Assembly (NCBI GenBank): GCA_032718475.1
Contig: JAUCBJ010008396.1
Span: forward strand, 42,977 to 106,976
Length of the DNA stretch: 64,000 bases
DNA from: Nemertoderma westbladi
Lineage: Eukaryota; Animalia; Xenacoelomorpha
Reading direction: 5' to 3'
Part shown: positions 35,701 to 50,700 of the stretch, in pieces
How the letters are laid out: the number at the start of each line of letters is the position of its first letter
Position numbering within the stretch: the first letter of the stretch is position 1
Notes under the pieces: model-generated
What the model saw: the letters and a program-made list of their open reading frames with translations, nothing else
What the model was told of the DNA's origin: nothing
The model's database searches: none
Position numbers and translations under genes: made by a program

Positions 35701-38700
35701 AGTAAGTTTGTGTTGTGTATAGTAAGTTTGTGTTGAGTATAGTAAGTTTGTGCATAGTAAGTTTGTATTATGTATAGTAAGTTTGTGTTGTGTATAGTAA
35801 GTTTGTGTTGTGTATAGTAAGTTTGTGTTGTGTATATTAAGTTTGTGTTGTGTATAGTAAGTTTGTGTTGTGTATAGTAAGTTTGTGTTGTTTATAGTAC
35901 GTTTGTATTATGTATAGTAAGTTTGTGTTGTGTATAGTAAGTTTGTGTTGTGTATAGTAAGTTTGTGTTGTATTATGTATAGTAAGTTTGTGTTGTGTAT
36001 AGTAAGTTTGTGTTGTGTATAGTAAGTTTGTGTTGTGTATAGTAAGTTTGTATTATGTATAGTAAGTTTGTGTTGTGTATAGTAAGTTTGTGTTGTGTAT
36101 AGTAAGTTTGTGTTGTATTATGTATAGTAAGTTTGTGTTGTGTATAGTAAGTTTGTGTTGATAGTAAGTTTGTATTATGTATAGTAAGTTTGTGTTGTGT
36201 ATAGTAAGTTTGTATTATGTATAGTAAGTTTGTGTTGTATTATGTATAGTAAGTTTGTGTTGTGTATAGTAAGTTTGTGTTGTATTATGTATAGTAAGTT
36301 TGTGTTGTGTATAGTAAGTTTGTGTTGTGTATAGTAAGTTTGTGTTGTGTATAGTAAGTTTGTATTATGTATAGTAAGTTTGTGTTGTATATAGTAAGTT
36401 TGTGTTGTGTATAGTAAGTTTGTGTTGTGTATAGTAAGTTTGTGTTTTGTATAGTAAGTTTGTATTATGTATAGTAAGTTTGTGTTGTGTTTGTGTTGTG
36501 TATAGTAAGTTTGTGTTGAGTATAGTAAGTTTGTGCATAGTAAGTTTGTATTATGTATAGTAAGTTTGTGTTGTGTATAGTAAGTTTGTGTTGTGTATAG
36601 TAAGTTTGTGTTGTGTATATTAAGTTTGTGTTGTGTATAGTAAGTTTGTGTTGTGTATAGTAAGTTTGTGTTGTTTATAGTACGTTTGTGTTGTGTATAG
36701 TAAGTTTGTGTTGTGTATAGTAAGTTTGTGTTGTGTATAGTACGTTTGTGTTGTGTATAGTAAGTTTGTGTTGATAGTAAGTTTGTATTATGTATAGTAA
36801 GTTTGTGTTGTGTATAGTAAGTTTGTATTATGTATAGTAAGTTTGTGTTGTATTATGTATAGTAAGTTTGTGTTGTGTATAGTAAGTTTGTGTTGTATTA
36901 TGTATAGTAAGTTTGTGTTGTGTATAGTAAGTTTGTGTTGTGTATAGTAAGTTTGTGTTGTGTATAGTAAGTTTGTATTATGTATAGTAAGTTTGTGTGG
37001 TGTATAGTAAGTTTGTGTTGAGTATAGTAAGTTTGTGTTGTGTATAGTAAGTTTGTATTATGTATATTAAGTTTGTGTTGTGTATAGTAGGTTTGTGTTC
37101 TGTATAGTAAGTTTGTGTTGAGTATAGTAAGTTTTTATTATGTATAGTAAGTTTGTGTTATGTATAGTAAGTTTGTGTTGTGTATAGTAAGTTTGTGTTG
37201 TGTATAGTAAGTTTGTGTTGTGTATAGTAAGTTTGTATTATGTATATTAAGTTTGTGTTGTGTATAGTAAGTTTGTGTTGTATTATGTATAGTAAGTTTG
37301 TGTTGTGTATAGTAAGTTTGTGTTGTGTATAGCAAGTTTGTGTTGTATTATGTATAGTAAGTTTGTGTTGTGTATAGTAAGTTTGTGTTGTGTATAGTAA
37401 GTTTGTGTTGTATTATGTATAGTAAGTTTGTGTTGTGTATAGTAAGTTTGTGTTGATAGTAAGTTTGTATTATGTATAGTAAGTTTGTGTTGTGTATAGT
37501 AAGTTTGTATTATGTATAGTAAGTTTTTGTTGTATTATGTATAGTAAGTTTGTGTTGTGTATAGTAAGTTTGTGTTGTATTATGTATAGTAAGTTTGTGT
37601 TGTGTATAGTAAGTTTGTGTTGTGTATAGTAAGTTTGTGTTGTGTATAGTAAGTTTGTATTATGTATAGTAAGTTTGTGTTGTGTATAGTAAGTTTGTGT
37701 AGTGTATAGTAAGTTTGTGTTGTATTATGTATAGTAAGTTTGTGTTGTGTATAGTAAGTTTGTGTTGTGTATAGTAAGTTTGTGTTGTGTATAGTAAGTT
37801 TGTATTATGTATAGTAAGTTTGTGTTGTGTATAGTAAGTTTGTGTTGTGTATAGTAAGTTTGTGTTGTATTATGTATAGTAAGTTTGTGTTGTGTATAGT
37901 AAGTTTGTGTTGATAGTAAGTTTGTATTATGTATAGTAAGTTTGTGTTGTGTATAGTAAGTTTGTATTATGTATAGTAAGTTTGTGTTGTATTATGTATA
38001 GTAAGTTTGTGTTGTGTATAGTAAGTTTGTGTTGTATTATGTATAGTAAGTTTGTGTTGTGTATAGTAAGTTTGTGTTGTGTATAGTAAGTTTGTGTTGT
38101 ATTATGTATAGTAAGTTTGTGTTGTGTATAGTAAGTTTGTGTTGATAGTAAGTTTGTATTATGTATAGTAAGTTTGTGTTGTGTATAGTAAGTTTGTATT
38201 ATGTATAGTAAGTTTTTGTTGTATTATGTATAGTAAGTTTGTGTTGTGTATAGTAAGTTTGTGTTGTATTATGTATAGTAAGTTTGTGTTGTGTATAGTA
38301 AGTTTTTGTTGTGTATAGTAAGTTTGTGTTGTGTATAGTAAGTTTGTGTTGTGTATAGTAAGTTTGTGTTGTGTATAGTAAGTTTGTGTTGTGTATAGTA
38401 AGTTTGTGTTGTGTATAGTAAGTTTGTGTTGTGTATAGTAAGTTTGTGTTGTGTATAGTAAGTTTGTGTTGTGTATAGTAAGTTTGTGTTGTGTATAGTA
38501 AGTTTGTGTTGTGTATAGTAAGTTTGTGTTGTGTATAGTAAGTTTGTGTTGTGTATAGTAGGTTTGTGTTATGTATAGTAAGTTTGTGATGTGTATAGTA
38601 AGTTTGTGTTGTGTAGAATAAGTTTGTGTTGTGTATAGTAAGTTTGTGTTTTGTATAGTAAGTTTGTGTTGTGTATAGTAAGTTTGTGTTGTGTATAGTA

Positions 38701-41700
38701 AGTTTGAGTTGTGTATAGTAAGTTTGTGTTGTGTATAGTAAGTTTGTGTTGTATATAGTAAGTTTGTGTTGTGTATAGTAAGTTTGTGTTGTGTATAGTT
38801 TTTGTATCGTGGATAGTAAGTTTGTATTATGTATAGTAAGTTTGTGTTGTGTATAGTAAGTTTGTGTTGTGTATAGTAAGTCTGTGTTGATAGTAAGTTT
38901 GTGTTGAGTATAGTGAGTTTGTGTATAGTAAGTTTGTGCATAGTAAGTTTGTATTATGTATAGTAAGTTTGTGTTGTGTATAGTAAGTTTGTGTTGTGTA
39001 TAATAAGTTTGTGTTGTGTATAGTAAGTTTGTATTATGTATAGTAAGTTTGTGTTGTGTATAGTAAGTTTGTGTTGTATTATTTATAGTAAGTTTGTGTT
39101 GTGTATAGTAAGTTTGTCTTGTGTATAGTAAGTTTGTATCGTGCATAGTAAGTTTGTGTTGTATTATGTATAGTAAGTTTCTGTTGTGTATAGTAAGTTT
39201 GTGTTGTGTATAGTAAGTTTGTGTTGTGTATAGTAGTTTGTATTATGTATAGTAAGTTTGTGTTGTGTATAGTAAGTTTGTGTTGTGTATAGTACGTTTG
39301 TGTTGTGTATAGTAAGTTTGTATTATGTATAGTAAGTTTGTGTTGTGTATAGTAAGTTTGTGTTGTATTATATATAGTAAGTTTGTGTTGTGTATAGTAA
39401 GTTTGTCTTGTGTATAGTAAGTTTGTATTATGTATAGTAAGTTTGTGTTGTGTATAGTAAGTTTGTGTTCTGTATAGTAAGTTTGTGTTGTGTATAGTAA
39501 GTTTGTGTTGTGTATAGTAAGTTTGTGTTGTATTATATATAGTAAGTTTGTGTTGTGTATAGTACGTTTGTCTTGTGTATAGTAAGTTTGTATTATGTAT
39601 AGTAAGTTTGTGTTGTGTATAGTAAGTTTGTGTTCTGTATAGTAAGTTTGTGTTGTGTATAGTAAGTTTGTGTTGTGTAGAGTAAGTTTTTGTTGTGTAT
39701 AGTAAGTTTGTGTTGTGTATAGTAAGTTTGTGTTGTGTATAGTAAGTTTGTGTTGTGTATAGTAAGTTTGTGTTGTGTATAGTAAGTTTGTGTTGTGTAT
39801 AGTAAGTTTGTGTTGTATATAGTAAGTTTGTGTTGTGTATAGTAAGTTTGTGTTGTGTATAGTAAGTTTGTATCGTGGATAGTAAGTTTGTATTATGTAT
39901 AGTAAGTTTGTGTTGTGTATAGTAAGTTTGTGTAGTGTATAGTAAGTTTGTGTTGATAGTAAGTTTGTCTTGTGTATAGTGAGTTTGTGTATAGTAAGTT
40001 TGTGCATAGTAAGTTTGTATTATGTATAGTAAGTTTGTGTTGTGTATAGTAATTTTGTGTTGTGTATAGTAAGTTTGTGTTGTGTATAGTAAGTTTGTAT
40101 TATGTATAGTAAGTTTGTGTTGTGTATAGTAAGTTTGTGTTGTATTATATATAGTAAGTTTGTGTTGTGTATAGTAAGTTTGTCTTGTGTATAGTAAGTT
40201 TGTATCGTTCATAGTAAGTTTGTGTTGTATTATGTATAGTAAGTTTCTGTTGTGTATAGTAAGTTTGTGTTGTGTATAGTAAGTTTGTATCGTGCATAGT
40301 AAGTTTGTGTTGTATTATGTATAGTAAGTTTCTGTTGTGTATAGTAAGTTTCTGTTGTGTATAGTAAGTTTGTGTTGTGTATAGTAAGTTTGTGTTGTGT
40401 ATAGTAAGTTTCTGTTGTGTATAGAAAGTTTGTGTTGTGTATAGTAAGTTTGTGTTGTGTATAGTAAGTTTCTGTTGTGTATAGTAAGTTTGTGTTGTGT
40501 ATAGTAAGTTTGTATCGTGCATAGTAAGTTTGTGTTGTATTATGTATAGTAAGTTTCTGTTGTGTATAGTAAGTTTGTGTTGTGTATAGTAAGTTTGTGT
40601 TGTGTATAGTAAGTTTGTATTATGTATATTAAGTTTGTGTTGTGTATAGTAAGTTTGTGTTGTATTATGTATAGTAAGTTTGTGTTGTGTATAGTAAGTT
40701 TGTGTTGTGTATAGCAAGTTTGTGTTGTATTATGTATAGTAAGTTTGTGTTGTGTATAGTAAGTTTGTGTTGTGTATAGTAAGTTTGTGTTGTATTATGT
40801 AGTAAGTTTGTGTTGTGTATAGTAAGTTTGTGTTGTGTATAGTAAGTTTGTATTATGTATAGTAAGTTTGTGTTGTATTATGTATAGTAAGTTTGTGTTG
40901 TGTATAGTAAGTTTGTGTTGTATTATGTATAGTAAGTTTGTGTTGTGTATAGTAAGTTTGTGTTGTGTATAGTAAGTTTGTGTTGTGTATAGTAAGTTTG
41001 TATTATGTATAGTAAGTTTGTGTTGTGTATAGTAAGTTTGTGTTGTGTATAGTAAGTTTGTGTTGTATTATGTATAGTAAGTTTGTGTTGTGTATAGTAA
41101 GTTTGTGTTGTGTATAGTAAGTTTGTATTATGTATAGTAAGTTTGTGTTGTGTATAGTAAGTTTGTATTATGTATAGTAAGTTTGTGTTGTATTATGTAT
41201 AGTAAGTTTGTGTTGTGTATAGTAAGTTTGTGTTGTATTATGTATAGTAAGTTTGTGTTGTGTATAGTAAGTTTGTGTTGTGTATAGTAAGTTTGTGTTG
41301 TGTATAGTAAGTTTGTATTATGTATAGTAAGTTTGTGTGGTGTATAGTAAGTTTGTGTTGAGTATAGTAAGTTTGTGTTGTGTATAGTAAGTTTGTATTA
41401 TGCATATTAAGTTTGTGTTGTGTATAGTAGGTTTGTGTTCTGTATAGTAAGTTTGTGTTGAGTATAGTAAGTTTTTATTATGTATAGTAAGTTTGTGTTA
41501 TGTATAGTAAGTTTGTGTTGTGTATAGTAAGTTTGTGTTGTGTATAGTAAGTTTGTGTTGTGTATAGTAAGTTTGTATTATGTATATTAAGTTTGTGTTG
41601 TGTATAGTAAGTTTGTGTTGTATTATGTATAGTAAGTTTGTGTTGTGTATAGTAAGTTTGTGTTGTGTATAGCAAGTTTGTGTTGTATTATGTATAGTAA

Positions 41701-44700
41701 GTTTGTGTTGTGTATAGTAAGTTTGTGTTGTGTATAGTAAGTTTGTGTTGTATTATGTATAGTAAGTTTGTGTTGTGTATAGTAAGTTTGTGTTGATAGT
41801 AAGTTTGTATTATGTATAGTAAGTTTGTGTTGTGTATAGTAAGTTTGTATTATGTATAGTAAGTTTTTGTTGTATTATGTATAGTAAGTTTGTGTTGTGT
41901 ATAGTAAGTTTGTGTTGTATTATGTATAGTAAGTTTGTGTTGTGTATAGTAAGTTTGTGTTGTGTATAGTAAGTTTGTGTTGTGTATAGTAAGTTTGTAT
42001 TATGTATAGTAAGTTTGTGTTGTGTATAGTAAGTTTGTGTAGTGTATAGTAAGTTTGTGTTGTATTATGTATAGTAAGTTTGTGTTGTGTATAGTAAGTT
42101 TGTGTTGTGTATAGTAAGTTTGTGTTGTGTATAGTAAGTTTGTATTATGTATAGTAAGTTTGTGTTGTGTATAGTAAGTTTGTGTTGTGTATAGTAAGTT
42201 TGTGTTGTATTATGTATAGTAAGTTTGTGTTGTGTATAGTAAGTTTGTGTTGATAGTAAGTTTGTATTATGTATAGTAAGTTTGTGTTGTGTATAGTAAG
42301 TTTGTATTATGTATAGTAAGTTTGTGTTGTATTATGTATAGTAAGTTTGTGTTGTGTATAGTAAGTTTGTGTTGTATTATGTATAGTAAGTTTGTGTTGT
42401 GTATAGTAAGTTTGTGTTGTGTATAGTAAGTTTGTGTTGTGTATAGTAAGTTTGTATTATGTATAGTAAGTTTGTGTTGTGTATAGTAAGTTTGTGTTGT
42501 GTATAGTAAGTTTGTGTTGTGTATAGTAAGTTTGTGTTGTGTATAGTAAGTTTGTATTATGTATATTAAGTTTGTGTTGTGTATAGTAGGTTTGTGTTCT
42601 GTATAGTAAGTTTGTGTTGAGTATAGTAAGTTTGTATTATGTATAGTAAGTTTGTGTTATGTATAGTAAGTTTGTGTTGTGTATAGTAAGTTTGTGTTGT
42701 GTATAGTAAGTTTGTGTTGTGTATAGTAAGTTTGTATTATGTATATTAAGTTTGTGTTGTGTATAGTAAGTTTGTGTTGTATTATGTATAGTAAGTTTGT
42801 GTTGTGTATAGTAAGTTTGTGTTGTGTATAGCAAGTTTGTGTTGTATTATGTATAGTAAGTTTGTGTTGTGTATAGTAAGTTTGTGTTGTGTATAGTAAG
42901 TTTGTGTTGTATTATGTATAGTAAGTTTGTGTTGTGTATAGTAAGTTTGTGTTGATAGTAAGTTTGTATTATGTATAGTAAGTTTGTGTTGTGTATAGTA
43001 AGTTTGTATTATGTATAGTAAGTTTTTGTTGTATTATGTATAGTAAGTTTGTGTTGTGTATAGTAAGTTTGTGTTGTATTATGTATAGTAAGTTTGTGTT
43101 GTGTATAGTAAGTTTGTGTTGTGTATAGTAAGTTTGTGTTGTGTATAGTAAGTTTGTATTATGTATAGTAAGTTTGTGTTGTGTATAGTAAGTTTGTGTA
43201 GTGTATAGTAAGTTTGTGTTGTATTATGTATAGTAAGTTTGTGTTGTATTATGTATAGTAAGTTTGTGTTGTGTATAGTAAGTTTGTGTTGATAGTAAGT
43301 TTGTATTATGTATAGTAAGTTTGTGTTGTGTATAGTAAGTTTGTATTATGTATAGTAAGTTTGTGTTGTATTATGTATAGTAAGTTTGTGTTGTGTATAG
43401 TAAGTTTGTGTAGTGTATAGTAAGTTTGTGTTGTATTATGTATAGTAAGTTTGTGTTGTGTATAGTAAGTTTGTGTTGTGTATAGTAAGTTTGTGTTGTG
43501 TATAGTAAGTTTGTATTATGTATAGTAAGTTTGTGTTGTGTATAGTAAGTTTGTGTTGTGTATAGTAAGTTTGTGTTGTATTATGTATAGTAAGTTTGTG
43601 TTGTGTATAGTAAGTTTGTGTTGATAGTAAGTTTGTATTATGTATAGTAAGTTTGTGTTGTGTATAGTAAGTTTGTATTATGTATAGTAAGTTTGTGTTG
43701 TATTATGTATAGTAAGTTTGTGTTGTGTATAGTAAGTTTGTGTTGTATTATGTATAGTAAGTTTGTGTTGTGTATAGTAAGTTTGTGTTGTGTATAGTAA
43801 GTTTGTGTTGTGTATAGTAAGTTTGTATTATGTATAGTAAGTTTGTGTTGTGTATAGTAAGTTTGTGTTGTGTATAGTAAGTTTGTGTTGTGTATAGTAA
43901 GTTTGTATTATGTATATTAAGTTTGTGTTGTGTATAGTAGGTTTGTGTTCTGTATAGTAAGTTTGTGTTGAGTATAGTAAGTTTGTATTATGTATAGTAA
44001 GTTTGTGTTATGTATAGTAAATTTGTGTTGTGTATAGTAAGTTTGTGTTGTGTATAGTAAGTTTGTGTTGTGTATAGTAAGTTTGTATTATGTATATTAA
44101 GTTTGTGTTGTGTATAGTAAGTTTGTGTTGTATTATGTATAGTAAGTTTGTGTTGTGTATAGTAAGTTTGTGTTGTGTATAGCAAGTTTGTGTTGTATTA
44201 TGTATAGTAAGTTTGTGTTGTGTATAGTAAGTTTGTGTTGTGTATAGTAAGTTTGTGTTGTATTATGTATAGTAAGTTTGTGTTGTGTATAGTAAGTTTG
44301 TGTTGATAGTAAGTTTGTATTATGTATAGTCAGTTTGTGTTGTGTATAGTAAGTTTGTATTATGTATAGTAAGTTTTTGTTGTATTATGTATAGTAAGTT
44401 TGTGTTGTGTATAGTAAGTTTGTGTTGTATTATGTATAGTAAGTTTGTGTTGTGTATAGTAAGTTTGTGTTGTGTATAGTAAGTTTGTGTTGTGTATAGT
44501 AAGTTTGTATTATGTATAGTAAGTTTGTGTTGTGTATAGTAAGTTTGTGTAGTGTGTAGTAAGTTTGTGTTGTATTATGTATAGTAAGTTTGTGTTGTAT
44601 TATGTATAGTAAGTTTGTATTGTGTATAGTAAGTTTGTGTTGATAGTAAGTTTGTATTATGTATAGTAAGTTTGTGTTGTGTATAGTAAGTTTGTATTAT

Positions 44701-47700
44701 GTATAGTAAGTTTGTGTTGTATTATGTATAGTAAGTTTGTGTTGTGTATAGTAAGTTTGTGTTGTATTATGTATAGTAAGTTTGTGTTGTGTATAGTAAG
44801 TTTGTGTTGTGTATTGTAAGTTTGTGTTGTGTATAGTAAGTTTGTATTATGTATAGTAAGTTTGTGTTGTGTATAGTAAGTTTGTGTTGTGTATAGTAAG
44901 TTTGTGTTGTGTATAGTAAGTTTGTGTTGTGTATAGTAAGTTTGTATTATGTATAGTAAGTTTGTGTTGTGTATAGTAAGTTTGTGTTGTGTATAGTAAG
45001 TTTGTGTTGAGTATAGTAAGTTTGTGCATAGTAAGTTTGTATTATGTATAGTAAGTTTGTGTTGTGTATAGTAAGTTTGTGTTGTGTATAGTAAGTTTGT
45101 GTTGTGTATATTAAGTTTGTGTTGTGTATAGTAAGTTTGTGTTGTGTATAGTAAGTTTGTGTTGTTTATAGTACGTTTGTATTATGTATAGTAAGTTTGT
45201 GTTGTGTATAGTAAGTTTGTGTTGTGTATAGTAAGTTTGTGTTGTATTATGTATAGTAAGTTTGTGTTGTGTATAGTAAGTTTGTGTTGTGTATAGTAAG
45301 TTTGTGTTGTGTATAGTAAGTTTGTATTATGTATAGTAAGTTTGTGTTGTGTATAGTAAGTTTGTGTTGTGTATAGTAAGTTTGTGTTGTATTATGTATA
45401 GTAAGTTTGTGTTGTGTATAGTAAGTTTGTGTTGATAGTAAGTTTGTATTATGTATAGTAAGTTTGTGTTGTGTATAGTAAGTTTGTATTATGTATAGTA
45501 AGTTTGTGTTGTATTATGTATAGTAAGTTTGTGTTGTGTATAGTAAGTTTGTGTTGTATTATGTATAGTAAGTTTGTGTTGTGTATAGTAAGTTTGTGTT
45601 GTGTATAGTAAGTTTGTGTTGTGTATAGTAAGTTTGTATTATGTATAGTAAGTTTGTGTTGTATATAGTAAGTTTGTGTTGTGTATAGTAAGTTTGTGTT
45701 GTGTATAGTAAGTTTGTGTTTTGTATAGTAAGTTTGTATTATGTATAGTAAGTTTGTGTTGTGTTTGTGTTGTGTATAGTAAGTTTGTGTTGAGTATAGT
45801 AAGTTTGTGCATAGTAAGTTTGTATTATGTATAGTAAGTTTGTGTTGTGTATAGTAAGTTTGTGTTGTGTATAGTAAGTTTGTGTTGTGTATATTAAGTT
45901 TGTGTTGTGTATAGTAAGTTTGTGTTGTGTATAGTAAGTTTGTGTTGTTTATAGTACGTTTGTGTTGTGTATAGTAAGTTTGTGTTGTGTATAGTAAGTT
46001 TGTGTTGTGTATAGTACGTTTGTGTTGTGTATAGTAAGTTTGTGTTGATAGTAAGTTTGTATTATGTATAGTAAGTTTGTGTTGTGTATAGTAAGTTTGT
46101 ATTATGTATAGTAAGTTTGTGTTGTATTATGTATAGTAAGTTTGTGTTGTGTATAGTAAGTTTGTGTTGTATTATGTATAGTAAGTTTGTGTTGTGTATA
46201 GTAAGTTTGTGTTGTGTATAGTAAGTTTGTGTTGTGTATAGTAAGTTTGTATTATGTATAGTAAGTTTGTGTGGTGTATAGTAAGTTTGTGTTGAGTATA
46301 GTAAGTTTGTGTTGTGTATAGTAAGTTTGTATTATGTATATTAAGTTTGTGTTGTGTATAGTAGGTTTGTGTTCTGTATAGTAAGTTTGTGTTGAGTATA
46401 GTAAGTTTTTATTATGTATAGTAAGTTTGTGTTATGTATAGTAAGTTTGTGTTGTGTATAGTAAGTTTGTGTTGTGTATAGTAAGTTTGTGTTGTGTATA
46501 GTAAGTTTGTATTATGTATATTAAGTTTGTGTTGTGTATAGTAAGTTTGTGTTGTATTATGTATAGTAAGTTTGTGTTGTGTATAGTAAGTTTGTGTTGT
46601 GTATAGCAAGTTTGTGTTGTATTATGTATAGTAAGTTTGTGTTGTGTATAGTAAGTTTGTGTTGTGTATAGTAAGTTTGTGTTGTATTATGTATAGTAAG
46701 TTTGTGTTGTGTATAGTAAGTTTGTGTTGATAGTAAGTTTGTATTATGTATAGTAAGTTTGTGTTGTGTATAGTAAGTTTGTATTATGTATAGTAAGTTT
46801 TTGTTGTATTATGTATAGTAAGTTTGTGTTGTGTATAGTAAGTTTGTGTTGTATTATGTATAGTAAGTTTGTGTTGTGTATAGTAAGTTTGTGTTGTGTA
46901 TAGTAAGTTTGTGTTGTGTATAGTAAGTTTGTATTATGTATAGTAAGTTTGTGTTGTGTATAGTAAGTTTGTGTAGTGTATAGTAAGTTTGTGTTGTATT
47001 ATGTATAGTAAGTTTGTGTTGTGTATAGTAAGTTTGTGTTGTGTATAGTAAGTTTGTGTTGTGTATAGTAAGTTTGTATTATGTATAGTAAGTTTGTGTT
47101 GTGTATAGTAAGTTTGTGTTGTGTATAGTAAGTTTGTGTTGTATTATGTATAGTAAGTTTGTGTTGTGTATAGTAAGTTTGTGTTGATAGTAAGTTTGTA
47201 TTATGTATAGTAAGTTTGTGTTGTGTATAGTAAGTTTGTATTATGTATAGTAAGTTTGTGTTGTATTATGTATAGTAAGTTTGTGTTGTGTATAGTAAGT
47301 TTGTGTTGTATTATGTATAGTAAGTTTGTGTTGTGTATAGTAAGTTTGTGTTGTGTATAGTAAGTTTGTGTTGTGTATAGTAAGTTTGTATTATGTATAG
47401 TAAGTTTGTGTTGTGTATAGTAAGTTTGTGTTGTGTATAGTAAGTTTGTGTTGTGTATAGTAAGTTTGTGTTGTGTATAGTAAGTTTGTATTATGTATAT
47501 TAAGTTTGTGTTGTGTATAGTAGGTTTGTGTTCTGTATAGTAAGTTTGTGTTGAGTATAGTAAGTTTGTATTATGTATAGTAAGTTTGTGTTATGTATAG
47601 TAAGTTTGTGTTGTGTATAGTAAGTTTGTGTTGTGTATAGTAAGTTTGTGTTGTGTATAGTAAGTTTGTATTATGTATATTAAGTTTGTGTTGTGTATAG

Positions 47701-50700
47701 TAAGTTTGTGTTGTATTATGTATAGTAAGTTTGTGTTGTGTATAGTAAGTTTGTGTTGTGTATAGCAAGTTTGTGTTGTATTATGTATAGTAAGTTTGTG
47801 TTGTGTATAGTAAGTTTGTGTTGTGTATAGTAAGTTTGTGTTGTATTATGTATAGTAAGTTTGTGTTGTGTATAGTAAGTTTGTGTTGATAGTAAGTTTG
47901 TATTATGTATAGTAAGTTTGTGTTGTGTATAGTAAGTTTGTATTATGTATAGTAAGTTTTTGTTGTATTATGTATAGTAAGTTTGTGTTGTGTATAGTAA
48001 GTTTGTGTTGTATTATGTATAGTAAGTTTGTGTTGTGTATAGTAAGTTTGTGTTGTGTATAGTAAGTTTGTGTTGTGTATAGTAAGTTTGTATTATGTAT
48101 AGTAAGTTTGTGTTGTGTATAGTAAGTTTGTGTAGTGTATAGTAAGTTTGTGTTGTATTATGTATAGTAAGTTTGTGTTGTATTATGTATAGTAAGTTTG
48201 TGTTGTGTATAGTAAGTTTGTGTTGATAGTAAGTTTGTATTATGTATAGTAAGTTTGTGTTGTGTATAGTAAGTTTGTATTATGTATAGTAAGTTTGTGT
48301 TGTATTATGTATAGTAAGTTTGTGTTGTGTATAGTAAGTTTGTGTAGTGTATAGTAAGTTTGTGTTGTATTATGTATAGTAAGTTTGTGTTGTGTATAGT
48401 AAGTTTGTGTTGTGTATAGTAAGTTTGTGTTGTGTATAGTAAGTTTGTATTATGTATAGTAAGTTTGTGTTGTGTATAGTAAGTTTGTGTTGTGTATAGT
48501 AAGTTTGTGTTGTATTATGTATAGTAAGTTTGTGTTGTGTATAGTAAGTTTGTGTTGATAGTAAGTTTGTATTATGTATAGTAAGTTTGTGTTGTGTATA
48601 GTAAGTTTGTATTATGTATAGTAAGTTTGTGTTGTATTATGTATAGTAAGTTTGTGTTGTGTATAGTAAGTTTGTGTTGTATTATGTATAGTAAGTTTGT
48701 GTTGTGTATAGTAAGTTTGTGTTGTGTATAGTAAGTTTGTGTTGTGTATAGTAAGTTTGTATTATGTATAGTAAGTTTGTGTTGTGTATAGTAAGTTTGT
48801 GTTGTGTATAGTAAGTTTGTGTTGTGTATAGTAAGTTTGTATTATGTATATTAAGTTTGTGTTGTGTATAGTAGGTTTGTGTTCTGTATAGTAAGTTTGT
48901 GTTGAGTATAGTAAGTTTGTATTATGTATAGTAAGTTTGTGTTATGTATAGTAAATTTGTGTTGTGTATAGTAAGTTTGTGTTGTGTATAGTAAGTTTGT
49001 GTTGTGTATAGTAAGTTTGTATTATGTATATTAAGTTTGTGTTGTGTATAGTAAGTTTGTGTTGTATTATGTATAGTAAGTTTGTGTTGTGTATAGTAAG
49101 TTTGTGTTGTGTATAGCAAGTTTGTGTTGTATTATGTATAGTAAGTTTGTGTTGTGTATAGTAAGTTTGTGTTGTGTATAGTAAGTTTGTGTTGTATTAT
49201 GTATAGTAAGTTTGTGTTGTGTATAGTAAGTTTGTGTTGATAGTAAGTTTGTATTATGTATAGTAAGTTTGTGTTGTGTATAGTAAGTTTGTATTATGTA
49301 TAGTAAGTTTTTGTTGTATTATGTATAGTAAGTTTGTGTTGTGTATAGTAAGTTTGTGTTGTATTATGTATAGTAAGTTTGTGTTGTGTATAGTAAGTTT
49401 GTGTTGTGTATAGTAAGTTTGTGTTGTGTATAGTAAGTTTGTATTATGTATAGTAAGTTTGTGTTGTGTATAGTAAGTTTGTGTAGTGTGTAGTAAGTTT
49501 GTGTTGTATTATGTATAGTAAGTTTGTGTTGTATTATGTATAGTAAGTTTGTATTGTGTATAGTAAGTTTGTGTTGATAGTAAGTTTGTATTATGTATAG
49601 TAAGTTTGTGTTGTGTATAGTAAGTTTGTATTATGTATAGTAAGTTTGTGTTGTATTATGTATAGTAAGTTTGTGTTGTGTATAGTAAGTTTGTGTTGTA
49701 TTATGTATAGTAAGTTTGTGTTGTGTATAGTAAGTTTGTGTTGTGTATTGTAAGTTTGTGTTGTGTATAGTAAGTTTGTATTATGTATAGTAAGTTTGTG
49801 TTGTGTATAGTAAGTTTGTGTTGTGTATAGTAAGTTTGTGTTGTGTATAGTAAGTTTGTGTTGTGTATAGTAAGTTTGTATTATGTATAGTAAGTTTGTG
49901 TTGTGTATAGTAAGTTTGTGTTGTGTATAGTAAGTTTGTGTTGAGTATAGTAAGTTTGTGCATAGTAAGTTTGTATTATGTATAGTAAGTTTGTGTTGTG
50001 TATAGTAAGTTTGTGTTGTGTATAGTAAGTTTGTGTTGTGTATATTAAGTTTGTGTTGTGTATAGTAAGTTTGTGTTGTGTATAGTAAGTTTGTGTTGTT
50101 TATAGTACGTTTGTATTATGTATAGTAAGTTTGTGTTGTGTATAGTAAGTTTGTGTTGTGTATAGTAAGTTTGTGTTGTATTATGTATAGTAAGTTTGTG
50201 TTGTGTATAGTAAGTTTGTGTTGTGTATAGTAAGTTTGTGTTGTGTATAGTAAGTTTGTATTATGTATAGTAAGTTTGTGTTGTGTATAGTAAGTTTGTG
50301 TTGTGTATAGTAAGTTTGTGTTGTATTATGTATAGTAAGTTTGTGTTGTGTATAGTAAGTTTGTGTTGATAGTAAGTTTGTATTATGTATAGTAAGTTTG
50401 TGTTGTGTATAGTAAGTTTGTATTATGTATAGTAAGTTTGTGTTGTATTATGTATAGTAAGTTTGTGTTGTGTATAGTAAGTTTGTGTTGTATTATGTAT
50501 AGTAAGTTTGTGTTGTGTATAGTAAGTTTGTGTTGTGTATAGTAAGTTTGTGTTGTGTATAGTAAGTTTGTATTATGTATAGTAAGTTTGTGTTGTATAT
50601 AGTAAGTTTGTGTTGTGTATAGTAAGTTTGTGTTGTGTATAGTAAGTTTGTGTTTTGTATAGTAAGTTTGTATTATGTATAGTAAGTTTGTGTTGTGTTT